DNA from: an uncultured Planctomycetales bacterium
GTDB taxonomy: Bacteria > Planctomycetota > UBA1135 > CAZZHK01
Assembly: GCA_964653725.1 (NCBI GenBank)
Contig: CAZZHK010000013.1
Coordinates: forward strand, 10,724-74,723
Length of the DNA: 64,000 nucleotides
Direction: 5' to 3'
Made by a program: the position numbers and the translations under genes. Positions 8,768-19,839 of the stretch are shown piece after piece (the first letter of the stretch is position 1; every line of letters begins with the position of its first letter). The notes under the pieces were generated by a model. It searched no databases and was not told the DNA's origin. It saw nothing but the letters and a program-made list of their open reading frames with translations.

Positions 8768-9840
8768 TCGTCGTCCGGGGTGGTGGGGGGGAGCGCGCGG
8801 GGGGTGGACTCGATGGCGGGGAGGTCGGGGGCGGCCTTGGAGGGCGGCGCGCCGAGGGACTTGAGGCGGTCGGTCTGGGGCAGGATGCGGCGCTCGACCG
8901 AGCCGACCGCGTCGTTGTAGCCGCGGATCGCCGAGTCGAGCCCGCGGCCGACCTTGGCGAAGTGTTCGAGCAGCGTGAAGACTCGGGTCGAGAGTTCGCG
9001 CGCCTGGTCGGCGATCTCCTTGGCGTTGGCGGCGGCGTCCTCCTGCTGCCAGGCCGAACTGATCGCGCGCAGGGCAGCGACCAGCGTGAAAGGAGTTGCC
9101 AGGATGACGTTGTTGCGCGGCGCCTCGTCCACCAGCGCGGGGCGCGCGCGCAGCGCCTGGCCCAGCATCGCCTCGACCGGCAGGAACATGACCACGAAGT
9201 CGGGCGACGGGTCGAGGTTGTCCCAGTATGCCTTGCGGCCCAGGTCCTTCACGTGGCCGAGGACGTCCTCGCCGAATGCCTCCATCATCGCCTGCGCCTC
9301 GAGGTCGTCCTCCTCCTCGCAGGCCTCGAAGAACCGCGTGCCGGGCGCCTTCGCGTCCACCGCGATCAGCCCGCCGCCGGGCATCTTCACCACCATGTCG
9401 GGCCGCTGGACCCCCTCGAGACCCTTCACGTGCGCCTGCGTGTCGAAATCCACGCGCTCCATCAGCCCCGCCATCTCGACCACGCGCTTCAGCTGCACCT
9501 CGCCCCACGCGCCGCGTGCACTCGACTCCTTCAGCGCCGAGCGCAGGCCGTGGGTCTCGGTCCGCAGCGTCGTGGTCTGGGTCATCAGGCCGGTGAGCTG
9601 CTCGGTCAGCTTGCCGTAGGCCTCGGCGCGCCCCTTCTCCATCTCGCGGACCGCCTTGTCGTAGTCGGCCATGCGCTTCTCGAGCGGGTCCACCAGGCCT
9701 TTCAGCTTCTCCAGCGCCAGGTCGTCCTCGGCGGAGCCCTGCCGGGCGGCGGCCTCGCGTTCGCGCCGGTCCGAGTTCAGGCCGGCCAGCAGGATCGCGA
9801 CAAGCACGATCAGCAGGAGCAGGAGGGCGGTTTGAAGCAC
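8764..9840 (-). CDS. rmuC: DNA recombination protein RmuC
   Basis: N-terminal TM, coiled-coil region, then AWGEVQLKRVVEMAG...RPDMVVKMPGGGLIAVDAKAP...FVVMFLPVEAM...ILATPFTLVAALRA, typical of RmuC. Confidence 0.85.
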   Translation of the reverse strand: MLQTALLLLLIVLVAILLAGLNSDRREREAAARQGSAEDDLALEKLKGLVDPLEKRMADYDKAVREMEKGRAEAYGKLTEQLTGLMTQTTTLRTETHGLRSALKESSARGAWGEVQLKRVVEMAGLMERVDFDTQAHVKGLEGVQRPDMVVKMPGGGLIAVDAKAPGTRFFEACEEEDDLEAQAMMEAFGEDVLGHVKDLGRKAYWDNLDPSPDFVVMFLPVEAMLGQALRARPALVDEAPRNNVILATPFTLVAALRAISSAWQQEDAAANAKEIADQARELSTRVFTLLEHFAKVGRGLDSAIRGYNDAVGSVERRILPQTDRLKSLGAPPSKAAPDLPAIESTPRALPPTTPDDD

Positions 9841-9871
9841 GGGATGAAGGGTCGAGAACTGAACGGAAAAT

Positions 9872-9947
<76 letters not shown>

Positions 9948-10000
9948 ACCGGGGAGGGCAGATCCTAATCGCATCGCTGGGCGGCGGCTAGGATGGGGGG

Positions 10001-10528
10001 ATGATCGAGGCCAGCCAACTCGCCGAGGCGGCGGGCCGCGCCGCCGCGCAACTGCCCGAAGAGGCCTCCGCCTCGCTGCTCGACGCGATCGAGAGCGCGC
10101 GCCGCGTCTTCGTGGCCGGTGCCGGCCGCTCGGGCCTCGTGGCCCGCGCGTTCGTGATCCGGCTCGCCCAGATGGGCGTGCCGTGCGCGGTCGCTGGCGA
10201 GCCCACCGCGCCGCGGGCCGGCGAGGGCGATCTGCTGGTCTGCATCTCGCGCTCGGGAACCACGACCACCGTCCTGGCGCTGGCCGACATCGGCCGAAGC
10301 GCCGGCTGCCGCGTGGCCTGGCTCGGCTCGGTCGGCAAGGTGCCGACCGAGCCCGCCCCCGACCTCACGCTGGAGCTGCCCACTACCGGCGGCGTCCCCG
10401 GCGCCTGGCTCGGCACCCTGTTCGAGACCGCCGCCTGGCTGTGGCTCGACGCCCTGGTGGGCCGCATGGCCCAACGCCGCGGCCTCACCGAAGAGGACCT
10501 CCGCGCCGGCCACGCCAACCTCGAGTAG
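10001..10528 (+). CDS. SIS-domain sugar-phosphate isomerase, 6-phospho-3-hexuloisomerase-like
   Basis: RVFVAGAGRSGLVARAFVIRLAQMG...GDLLVCISRSGTTTT; size (175 aa) and motif layout fit PHI-type SIS proteins. Confidence 0.65.
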   Translation: MIEASQLAEAAGRAAAQLPEEASASLLDAIESARRVFVAGAGRSGLVARAFVIRLAQMGVPCAVAGEPTAPRAGEGDLLVCISRSGTTTTVLALADIGRSAGCRVAWLGSVGKVPTEPAPDLTLELPTTGGVPGAWLGTLFETAAWLWLDALVGRMAQRRGLTEEDLRAGHANLE

Positions 10529-10553
10529 AGCGCCTAGGAGCGCGCGAGTCCTG

Positions 10554-11612
10554 CTAGTCGTCCTTCGGAGCAGGAGGCGTGGGTCGCCAAATCCACATCG
10601 GCGCTTCACCCAGCATGGCCACGGCGAGGCCTCCACCGCCAGGCGCGACGGCCATCATGATCGGGCCGGAGGATCCCTCAACCACCAGCCGGTCTGCCAG
10701 TGTCTCTGCCGCCGGATCCCAGACCTCGACGGCGCCTCCCCAGTGGCCTGCCAGGAGCCAGCGGGAGTCGGCACTCCAGGCGACAGCGGAGTACTCCGAC
10801 CGGCCGTTGCCCATGGCCGTCAGTTGTTTCCCCGTCTTGGGGTCGTAGACGCGGACAGTGCCGTCCCAGGAACAGGACGCCAGCCGGTGGCCGTCGCGGT
10901 CATAGGCCACACTCGAGACCCAGTTGGTGTGTCCGTCCAGCATGACCTCTTCGCTGTCCAGCACAGTTCCATTCCATAGGGACAGGCTGGCGTGCTGTCC
11001 TCCGGTGGCGATTCGACCCTCTGCCGGTGGAAAGGCGAGAGCTGTCCACCGGCCGTGTCCGCCATCGGGGCTTCCTTTCACCGGTTGGCCGGACATGGAG
11101 TCGTGGTAGCGGATGGTGACCATCGTGACGATGGCGGCATCGTCGGTCCCGGGGCGGAAGACGATCTGCCAGGCGCTCCGTCCCAGGTCATGCGACGCAG
11201 TGGGGATCCAGGTCTCGCCTCGTGTCCAACTCCGCGCCATCGCGCCTCCAACGGTCATGAGAAGGTCATCGCGGTCAGGGTGGAAGGCCAGGGCCTCCAG
11301 CCGATACGGATGGATGAACTCGCCACCCCTGTTCTCTGTGTACACAGCCCGCTCCGAGAACACCTTCGACAGATCCCGGCTGTCCCAGATGTGCAGCCAT
11401 CCGTCGTTGGTCCCCGCTGCAACCATGTTGCCTTTTGCCGACCATGCAACGGACGCGACGGTTTCTTTTCCGGGTCGCAGTGCCTTGTCCAGCCTGAAGA
11501 TCTGTTGAGTGTGCGCCACCTGGCTGGCACTCGCGGCATCCTTCGCAACGTCCTGACCGCCAAGGACGTGCGAGCAGACTGCAACAAGAAAGAGAGGACT
11601 GCTTGCCAGCAT
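10554..11612 (-). CDS. Exported WD40 beta-propeller repeat protein
   Basis: Signal peptide MLASSPLFLVAVCSHVLGG. Repeated WD-like units (DGWLHIWD, GTVRVYD, GGAVEVWD). Confidence 0.75.
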   Translation of the reverse strand: MLASSPLFLVAVCSHVLGGQDVAKDAASASQVAHTQQIFRLDKALRPGKETVASVAWSAKGNMVAAGTNDGWLHIWDSRDLSKVFSERAVYTENRGGEFIHPYRLEALAFHPDRDDLLMTVGGAMARSWTRGETWIPTASHDLGRSAWQIVFRPGTDDAAIVTMVTIRYHDSMSGQPVKGSPDGGHGRWTALAFPPAEGRIATGGQHASLSLWNGTVLDSEEVMLDGHTNWVSSVAYDRDGHRLASCSWDGTVRVYDPKTGKQLTAMGNGRSEYSAVAWSADSRWLLAGHWGGAVEVWDPAAETLADRLVVEGSSGPIMMAVAPGGGGLAVAMLGEAPMWIWRPTPPAPKDD

Positions 11613-11638
11613 TCATCACATGCTAAGGACCACGGGCC

Positions 11639-12121
11639 ATGACGCGCAGATGCAATGCGGATTTCCATTCGCACCCGGGAAATGCACATCCCGACGGGGA
11701 CAATTGGGTCCTGAAGCCCGCACCATCAAACAACCCGGAGCTGCCGTGGCACGAGCCAGAGAATGGAACGTGCCCTCCTGGCAGTACCCCATGCAGGTTT
11801 CGCGGCTGGCTCAAGTTGCAGCTGTCGCCCTACATCACTCCGGACGATGACGAGGCGTACAAGATCATCCACGGCGTATCGAAGGGGGAGAGGGCCGAAT
11901 GGCCCAAGTGGGAGATAGACGATCCCGATGGCACGATCGTGGAGAATAAGGGCATCGTTGTCGGTTCCTCTCAGGGCGGGATCAGGATCGATACGTCGCC
12001 TCGTTGTTCCGAAGGAGAGACGGAGGTCAAGTTCGTGCACATCAAGATGAAGTGCGCAGGCGAGGTAGTCCTTGAGGCCGACCTCGAGTTTGCGTGCGAA
12101 GCCTGCACGGACGCGCATTGA
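11639..12121 (+). CDS. Hypothetical Cys-rich protein (160 aa)
   Basis: ORF with protein-like composition and visibly lower GC than its surroundings. Nine Cys including a C-terminal CEAC; no signal peptide and no family recognised. Confidence 0.45.
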   Translation: MTRRCNADFHSHPGNAHPDGDNWVLKPAPSNNPELPWHEPENGTCPPGSTPCRFRGWLKLQLSPYITPDDDEAYKIIHGVSKGERAEWPKWEIDDPDGTIVENKGIVVGSSQGGIRIDTSPRCSEGETEVKFVHIKMKCAGEVVLEADLEFACEACTDAH

Positions 12122-12185
12122 GCCCACTCGAGTAGCCCCCGTCCGGTGGCGCGAAATGAGGGGGGCGGGCTAGGATCCGTCCCTT

Positions 12186-13367
<1,182 letters not shown>

Positions 13368-13370
13368 GTC

Positions 13371-14240
<870 letters not shown>

Positions 14241-14243
14241 GTA

Positions 14244-15392
14244 ATGGTCGACTTCACCCTGGACGAGGACCTGGAACTGCTGCGGCAGACGGCCCGCGAC
14301 TATGCGACCGATGTCCTCGCGCCGAAGGCCGCCCACGCGGACGCGAACGGCGAATTCCCGCTCGAGCAGTTCCGCGGCCTCGCCGGGCTGGGATTCGCCG
14401 GCATGTCGGTGCCGGAGGAGTTCGGCGGTGCAGGCCTGGGAAGCCTGGCGCTGGCGCTGGTACTGGAAGAGGTGAACGCTGCCTGCGCGTCGACCGGCGT
14501 CACGCTCAGCGTCCACTGCTCGCTGGTCTGCGGCCCGATCGCCAAGCACGGCACCGACGAGCAGAAGCAGACCTGGCTGCCGCGCCTGGCTTCAGGCGAG
14601 ATCATCGGCGCCTACGCGCTCACCGAACCCGACGCCGGCTCGGACGCCGCCAACCAGAAGACCACCGCCGTCAGGGACGGCGACGAGTGGGTCCTGAACG
14701 GCACCAAGATCTTCGTGACGTCCGGCTCCCACGCCGGGCTGGTGATCGTCTATGCGCGGACCGGCGAGCACCGCACGCGCGGCATCTCGGCCTTCCTGGT
14801 GGACCCGAAAGCGCCTGGCTTCGAGATCGGCACGATCGAGAAGAAGATGGGCATCCGCGCGTCCTCCACCGCCGAGATCGTGCTCTCCGACTGCCGCATT
14901 CCCTCGGGCGCACTCCTCGGCGAGGAGGGGATGGGCTTCCACCTGGCGCTGGAAACGCTGGACAGTGGCCGCATCGGCATCGCCAGCCAGGCGCTCGGGA
15001 TCGCGCGGGCCTCGCTGGAGGCCTCGATCAAGTACGCGGGCGAGCGCGAGCAGTTCGGCCGGCCGATCGGCGACTTCCAGGCGATCCAGTGGAAGCTGGC
15101 CGACATGGCGACCGAGATCGACGCGGCGCGGTTCCTGGTCTGGCGCGCGGCGACGCTGCGCGACGCCGGCGAGCCCCACGGCCAGGCGGCGTCGATGGCC
15201 AAGCTGAAGGCCAGCCGGGTCGCCAACGATGCCGCCCAGGAGGCGGTCCAGATCCACGGCGGCGCCGGCTACACCACCGAGTTCCCTGTCGAGCGCTACA
15301 TGCGCGACGCCAGGATCACGGAGATCTACGAGGGCGCGACCGACATCCAGCGTCTGGTCATCGCGCGGGGCCTGCTGGCGGCGAACGAATGA
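14244..15392 (+). CDS. Acyl-CoA dehydrogenase (short-chain/butyryl-CoA type)
   Basis: GAYALTEPDAGSDA, RIGIASQALGIA, QIHGGAGYTTEFPVERYMRDARITEIYEGATDIQ. Confidence 0.9.
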   Translation: MVDFTLDEDLELLRQTARDYATDVLAPKAAHADANGEFPLEQFRGLAGLGFAGMSVPEEFGGAGLGSLALALVLEEVNAACASTGVTLSVHCSLVCGPIAKHGTDEQKQTWLPRLASGEIIGAYALTEPDAGSDAANQKTTAVRDGDEWVLNGTKIFVTSGSHAGLVIVYARTGEHRTRGISAFLVDPKAPGFEIGTIEKKMGIRASSTAEIVLSDCRIPSGALLGEEGMGFHLALETLDSGRIGIASQALGIARASLEASIKYAGEREQFGRPIGDFQAIQWKLADMATEIDAARFLVWRAATLRDAGEPHGQAASMAKLKASRVANDAAQEAVQIHGGAGYTTEFPVERYMRDARITEIYEGATDIQRLVIARGLLAANE

Positions 15393-16357
15393 GCGGCGCT
15401 GCGAAGACTGACGACCTGCTGGCGCGCTTCCGGGAAGGCGACCGCTGGGCCTGCGGCCGGCTGATCACCCTTGCCGAGAACCGCGACCCCGGCTTTCCCG
15501 ACCTGCTGGCGCAGGTCTGGGACGGGGTCGGCGCCGCCTGGCGCACCGGCGTCACCGGTCCGCCCGGCGTCGGCAAGTCGACCCTGGTAAACGCGCTGGC
15601 CGGCCACCTGGCCGACCAAGGCCGCTCGGTGGGCGTCCTGGCGGTGGACCCGACCTCGCCGTTTTCCGGCGGCGCGCTGCTGGGCGACCGGATCCGGATG
15701 ACCAGCGCCGAGGAGAGGTGCGACGACGTCTTCGTCCGCTCCATGGCCACGCGCGGCAGCCTGGGCGGCCTGGCCCAGGCGGCGCCCGACGCCTGCGATG
15801 TGCTGGACGCCTTCGGCACCGCCGAGGTGATCGTCGAGACGGTGGGCGTGGGCCAGGCGGAATGGGACGTGGCCGGCGCCTGCGACACCGTGGTGGTGGT
15901 GCTGCATCCCCACGGCGGCGACGGGGTGCAGTTCCTGAAGGCCGGCATCCTCGAGCAGGCCGACCTGTTCGTGATCAACAAGGCCGACCTGCCGGGCGCC
16001 GACAAGGCCCACGCGGAGCTGGCCGACGCGCTCAGCTACCGGGCGGCCGGCAGCGAGGGCGCCTGGGAACCCCCGATCCTCTTGACGGTGGCCACCGACG
16101 GCACCGGCGTGGCCGAGGCGGCGTCGGCCCTCGAGGCCCACCGCGCCTGGCTGGAGCGGTCCGGCGCGAAGGACACGGCCCGGGCCGCCAAGCTCGAGGA
16201 GCGCGTGCGCCGCGGCGTCGAGGAGGAAGTGCTGCACCGTTTGTGGGAGCGAGGCAGCGCCGAACTGCACGCCGCACTGTCCAACGGATCACGAGTCCCC
16301 CACGCGGTGGTGGACGAGCTGGTCGAAAAGCTGGGCGAAGGAGGGCCGCAGTCGTGA
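15389..16357 (+). CDS. meaB: MeaB/ArgK G-protein chaperone for B12-dependent acyl-CoA mutase
   Basis: GVTGPPGVGKSTL P-loop, AVDPTSPFSGGALLGDRIRM, VINKADL. ATGA overlap with the upstream ACAD. It is the tail of tracked ORF 14687-16357. Confidence 0.85.
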   Translation: MSGAAKTDDLLARFREGDRWACGRLITLAENRDPGFPDLLAQVWDGVGAAWRTGVTGPPGVGKSTLVNALAGHLADQGRSVGVLAVDPTSPFSGGALLGDRIRMTSAEERCDDVFVRSMATRGSLGGLAQAAPDACDVLDAFGTAEVIVETVGVGQAEWDVAGACDTVVVVLHPHGGDGVQFLKAGILEQADLFVINKADLPGADKAHAELADALSYRAAGSEGAWEPPILLTVATDGTGVAEAASALEAHRAWLERSGAKDTARAAKLEERVRRGVEEEVLHRLWERGSAELHAALSNGSRVPHAVVDELVEKLGEGGPQS

Positions 16358-17958
16358 AAGAGCGCGACGTCCCCTTCACCTCGCTGTCGGGCGAGCCGAT
16401 CGAGCCGGTCTATGGTCCCGACCAAGCCCCGGACTTGGCCGACATCGGCGTCCCCGGCGCCTACCCCTTCACCCGCGGTGTCCACGAATCGATGTACCGC
16501 TCGCGGCTCTGGACCATGCGGCTGTTTGCCGGCTTCGGGACCGCCTCCGAGACCAACGAGCGCTTCCGCTATCTGCTGAGCCAGGGCCAGGACGGCCTGT
16601 CGGTCGCTTTCGACTTCCCCACCCTGATGGGCTACGACTCCGACCACGAGCGGAGCCTGGGCGAGGTCGGCCGGTGCGGCGTGGCAATCTCGACCTTGCA
16701 GGACATGGAGCGGCTGTTCGAGGAGATCCCGCTGGGCGAGGTCTCGACCTCGATGACCATCAACGGCCCCGCCGCGGTGCTGCTGGCCATGTATGTGGCC
16801 GCCGCCGACAACCAGGGCGCCGACCGCCGCCAGCTCCGCGGCACGGTCCAGAACGACATCTTGAAGGAGTTCCAGGCCCAGCACGCCTGGCTGGTCCCGC
16901 CCGAGCCGGCGCTGCGGATCATCACCGACATGTTCCGGTGGTGCGCCGAGGAGGCGCCGCAATGGAACACGGTCTCGATCTCGGGCTACCACATCCGCGA
17001 GGCGGGCTCGACCGCGGCCGAGGAGCTGGCCTTCACGCTCGCCAACGGGCGCGAATACGTGCGGCGCGGCATCGCCGCCGGCATGGACGTGGACGACTTC
17101 GCCCCGCGGCTGTCGTTCTTCTTCGACGCCCACCTGGACTTCTTCGAGGAGATCGCCAAGTTCCGCGCCGCCCGACGGATCTGGGCCAAACTGATGCGCG
17201 AGGAGTTCGGGGCGCAGGACGAGCGGTCCTGGAAGCTGCGCTTCCATACCCAGACCGCCGGCGTGTCCCTGACGGCTCAGCAGCCCGAGAACAACATCAT
17301 CCGGACCACCCTCGAGGCGATGGCCGGCGTGCTGGGCGGCACCCAGTCGCTCCACACCAACTCGATGGACGAGACGTTCGCGCTGCCGACCGAAAAGGCG
17401 GCGCTCATCGCACTGCGCACCCAGCAGGTGATCGCGCACGAGTCGGAGGTGGTCCACACCGCCGACCCTCTGGGCGGATCGTGGTTCGTGGAAGCCATGA
17501 CCGACCGCATCGAGGGCCAGGCGCGCGCCATCTTCGACGAGATCGAGGATCTGGGCGGCGTGGTTCCGGCCATCGAGGGCGGCTACTTCCAGCGCCGCAT
17601 TCACCGCAGCGCGCGCCGTTACCAGGCCGCGCTGGAGAGCGGCGAGAAGCAGATCGTCGGCGTCACCTGCTTCACTGGCGAGGACGGGGAAGCCGAAGAG
17701 ACCTCGATCCCCACCCTGCAGATCCCCGCCGACCTGGAGCCCCGCCAATGCGAGCGGGTTGCCGCTTTCCGGGCAGAGCGCGACCAGTCGGCCTGCGAGG
17801 CGGCCCTGGCCGAGGTCCGGCGCCGCGCACAGTCGTCGGACGGCGGCAACCTGATGGAGGCCTTCGTGGCGGCGGTCCATGCCCACGCCACCGTCGGCGA
17901 GATCTGTGATGTCCTGCGCGCCGAGTTCGGCGTGTTCCACGAGCCGGCCGTTGTCTGA
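16354..17958 (+). CDS. B12-dependent acyl-CoA mutase, large (substrate-binding) subunit; isobutyryl-CoA-mutase-like signature
   Basis: YPFTRGVHESMYRSRLWTMRLFAGFGTASETNERFRYLLSQGQDGLSVAFDFPTLMGYDSD, GTVQNDILKEFQAQHAW, SISGYHIREAGS. GTGA overlap with meaB. Confidence 0.9.
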   Translation: MKERDVPFTSLSGEPIEPVYGPDQAPDLADIGVPGAYPFTRGVHESMYRSRLWTMRLFAGFGTASETNERFRYLLSQGQDGLSVAFDFPTLMGYDSDHERSLGEVGRCGVAISTLQDMERLFEEIPLGEVSTSMTINGPAAVLLAMYVAAADNQGADRRQLRGTVQNDILKEFQAQHAWLVPPEPALRIITDMFRWCAEEAPQWNTVSISGYHIREAGSTAAEELAFTLANGREYVRRGIAAGMDVDDFAPRLSFFFDAHLDFFEEIAKFRAARRIWAKLMREEFGAQDERSWKLRFHTQTAGVSLTAQQPENNIIRTTLEAMAGVLGGTQSLHTNSMDETFALPTEKAALIALRTQQVIAHESEVVHTADPLGGSWFVEAMTDRIEGQARAIFDEIEDLGGVVPAIEGGYFQRRIHRSARRYQAALESGEKQIVGVTCFTGEDGEAEETSIPTLQIPADLEPRQCERVAAFRAERDQSACEAALAEVRRRAQSSDGGNLMEAFVAAVHAHATVGEICDVLRAEFGVFHEPAVV

Positions 17959-17979
17959 TGGAGCGAGGAGCGATAACCC

Positions 17980-18399
17980 ATGAATGACAGACCGATTCGC
18001 GTGCTGGTGGCCAAGCCCGGGCTGGACGGCCACGACCGCGGCGCCAAGGTGATCGCGGCGGTGCTGCGCGACCGCGGCATGGAGGTGATCTACACCGGCC
18101 TCCACCAGACTCCCGAGATGATCGTCGAGGCGGCCATCCAGGAGGACGTCGAGGTGGTGGGCCTCTCGATTCTGTCGGGCGCCCACATGACTCTGTTCCC
18201 CAAGATCCGCGACCTCCTGGTGGAGCGCGGTGCGGGCCATGTCGTCCTGACCGGCGGCGGCATCATCCCAGAGGGCGATCGCGACGCGCTGGTGGGCGAC
18301 GGCTTCGCGCGCCTGTTCGGGCCCGGCACGCCGACCGAGGACATCGCCGACTGGATCGATGAAACGGTGGGCAAGGTCCGCCAGGAGGGAGAAGCATGA
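17980..18399 (+). CDS. Acyl-CoA mutase small subunit (cobalamin-binding domain)
   Basis: [20 protein letters not shown] (DxHxxG B12 motif), [16 protein letters not shown]. Confidence 0.9.
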   Translation: MNDRPIRVLVAKPGLDGHDRGAKVIAAVLRDRGMEVIYTGLHQTPEMIVEAAIQEDVEVVGLSILSGAHMTLFPKIRDLLVERGAGHVVLTGGGIIPEGDRDALVGDGFARLFGPGTPTEDIADWIDETVGKVRQEGEA

Positions 18400-18683
18400 C
18401 GGCGGGCAAGGGCATGGAGGATCCGGGCAAGGAGATCCTGACCATCGAGGAGGCGGCCTCCCTGCTGGGCGCCTCGATGAAGACCCTCATCAGCCTGCTG
18501 CGCGAGGGAGACATCCCTGCGCGCAAGGTGGGTCGCGAGTGGCGCTTCTCGCGGACCGCGCTGATCGAGTGGATCGGCTCGGGAGTCGCGCGTGACTACT
18601 TCCAGTCGCGCAAGCCCTCTGCCAAGGGCGGCGGCAAACGCGCCAAGGCCGGCACTGAGGGATGGGACGTGGGCCTTGACTGA
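18396..18683 (+). CDS. Excisionase/MerR-superfamily helix-turn-helix DNA-binding protein (HTH_17-like), 95 aa
   Basis: [46 protein letters not shown] with a basic tail. ATGA overlap with the mutase small subunit. Confidence 0.65.
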   Translation: MTAGKGMEDPGKEILTIEEAASLLGASMKTLISLLREGDIPARKVGREWRFSRTALIEWIGSGVARDYFQSRKPSAKGGGKRAKAGTEGWDVGLD

Positions 18684-19839
18684 CCGAATCAGCGCGTTCG
18701 ACCTCACCGAAGAGGAGGCCATGGTCCGCGACACCGTGCGGCGGTTCACGCAGGACGTCATCGCGCCCAAGGCGGCCGAGATCGATGCGGCCGCCACGTT
18801 TTCCGAGGACACCTGGACCGGCCTGGCGGAGCTGGGGCTCTGCGGCATCCCGATCGGCGAGGCCTGGGGCGGCGCCGGCATGTCGTCGGTGGCCTACGTG
18901 CTGGCGGTCGAGGAGATCAGCCGCGCCTGCGGCTCCACCGGCCTGACCCTGGCCGCCCACACCTCGCTCGGCACCTATCCGATCTACGCCTGGGGATCGG
19001 ACGACTTGAAGGAGCGCTATCTGCGGCAGCTGGCCAGTGGCGAGTGGATGGGGGCCTACGGTCTCACCGAGCCGGGCGCCGGTTCGGACTCGGGCGGTAC
19101 GAAGACCACCGCCGAGCGCGACGGTGACGAGTACGTCCTGAACGGCGCCAAGTGCTTCATCACCAACGCGCACTACGCGCAGACCTTCATCTGCACCGCG
19201 GTGACCGATCCCGACGCCGGGCCCAGCGGCATCTCCGCCTTCGTGGTCGAGCGTGACATGCCCGGCTTCGAAGTCACCAAGGGCGAGGAAAAGCTCGGCA
19301 TGAGGGGCTCGGACTGGGGCGGCCTGGTTTTCCAAGACTGCCGGATCCCCGCGGCCAACGTGGTCGGCCCCGAGGGGGAGGGCTTCAAGACCTTTCTCAA
19401 GACGCTCGACGCCGGCCGCATCTCGATCGGCGCGCTGGGGCTCGGCATCGGCGAGGGCGCCTACGCCCGGGCCCTGTCCCACGCGCGAGAGAGGACCGCC
19501 TTCGGCAAGCCGCTCATCGAGCAGCAGGCTGTCGCCTTCAAGATCGCCGACATGGCCACAGGCCTGGCGGGCGCCCGCCACCACATCTACCACGCCGCCC
19601 GGCTGAAGGACGCGGGCCTGCCCTTCACGCGCGAGGCGGCGATGGCCAAGCTCGTTGCGTCGGAGGTGGCCATGAAGGTCACCTTTGATGCAATCCAGAT
19701 CCTGGGCGGCTACGGATTCTGCACCGAGTACGAGGTGGAGCGCATGTACCGCGACGCCAAGCTCTGCACCATCGGAGAGGGCACCAGCGAGATCCAGCGG
19801 ATCGTCATCTCCCGCAGCATCGTGAAGGAACAGACATGA
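18676..19839 (+). CDS. Acyl-CoA dehydrogenase
   Basis: FDLTEEEAMVRDTVRRF, GAYGLTEPGAGSDS, ILGGYGFCTEYEVERMYRDAKLCTIGEGTSEIQ. Start set at in-frame TTG 18676, where ACAD homology begins. The tracked GTG 18592 would overlap the HTH gene by 92 nt. Confidence 0.85.
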   Translation: MTDRISAFDLTEEEAMVRDTVRRFTQDVIAPKAAEIDAAATFSEDTWTGLAELGLCGIPIGEAWGGAGMSSVAYVLAVEEISRACGSTGLTLAAHTSLGTYPIYAWGSDDLKERYLRQLASGEWMGAYGLTEPGAGSDSGGTKTTAERDGDEYVLNGAKCFITNAHYAQTFICTAVTDPDAGPSGISAFVVERDMPGFEVTKGEEKLGMRGSDWGGLVFQDCRIPAANVVGPEGEGFKTFLKTLDAGRISIGALGLGIGEGAYARALSHARERTAFGKPLIEQQAVAFKIADMATGLAGARHHIYHAARLKDAGLPFTREAAMAKLVASEVAMKVTFDAIQILGGYGFCTEYEVERMYRDAKLCTIGEGTSEIQRIVISRSIVKEQT

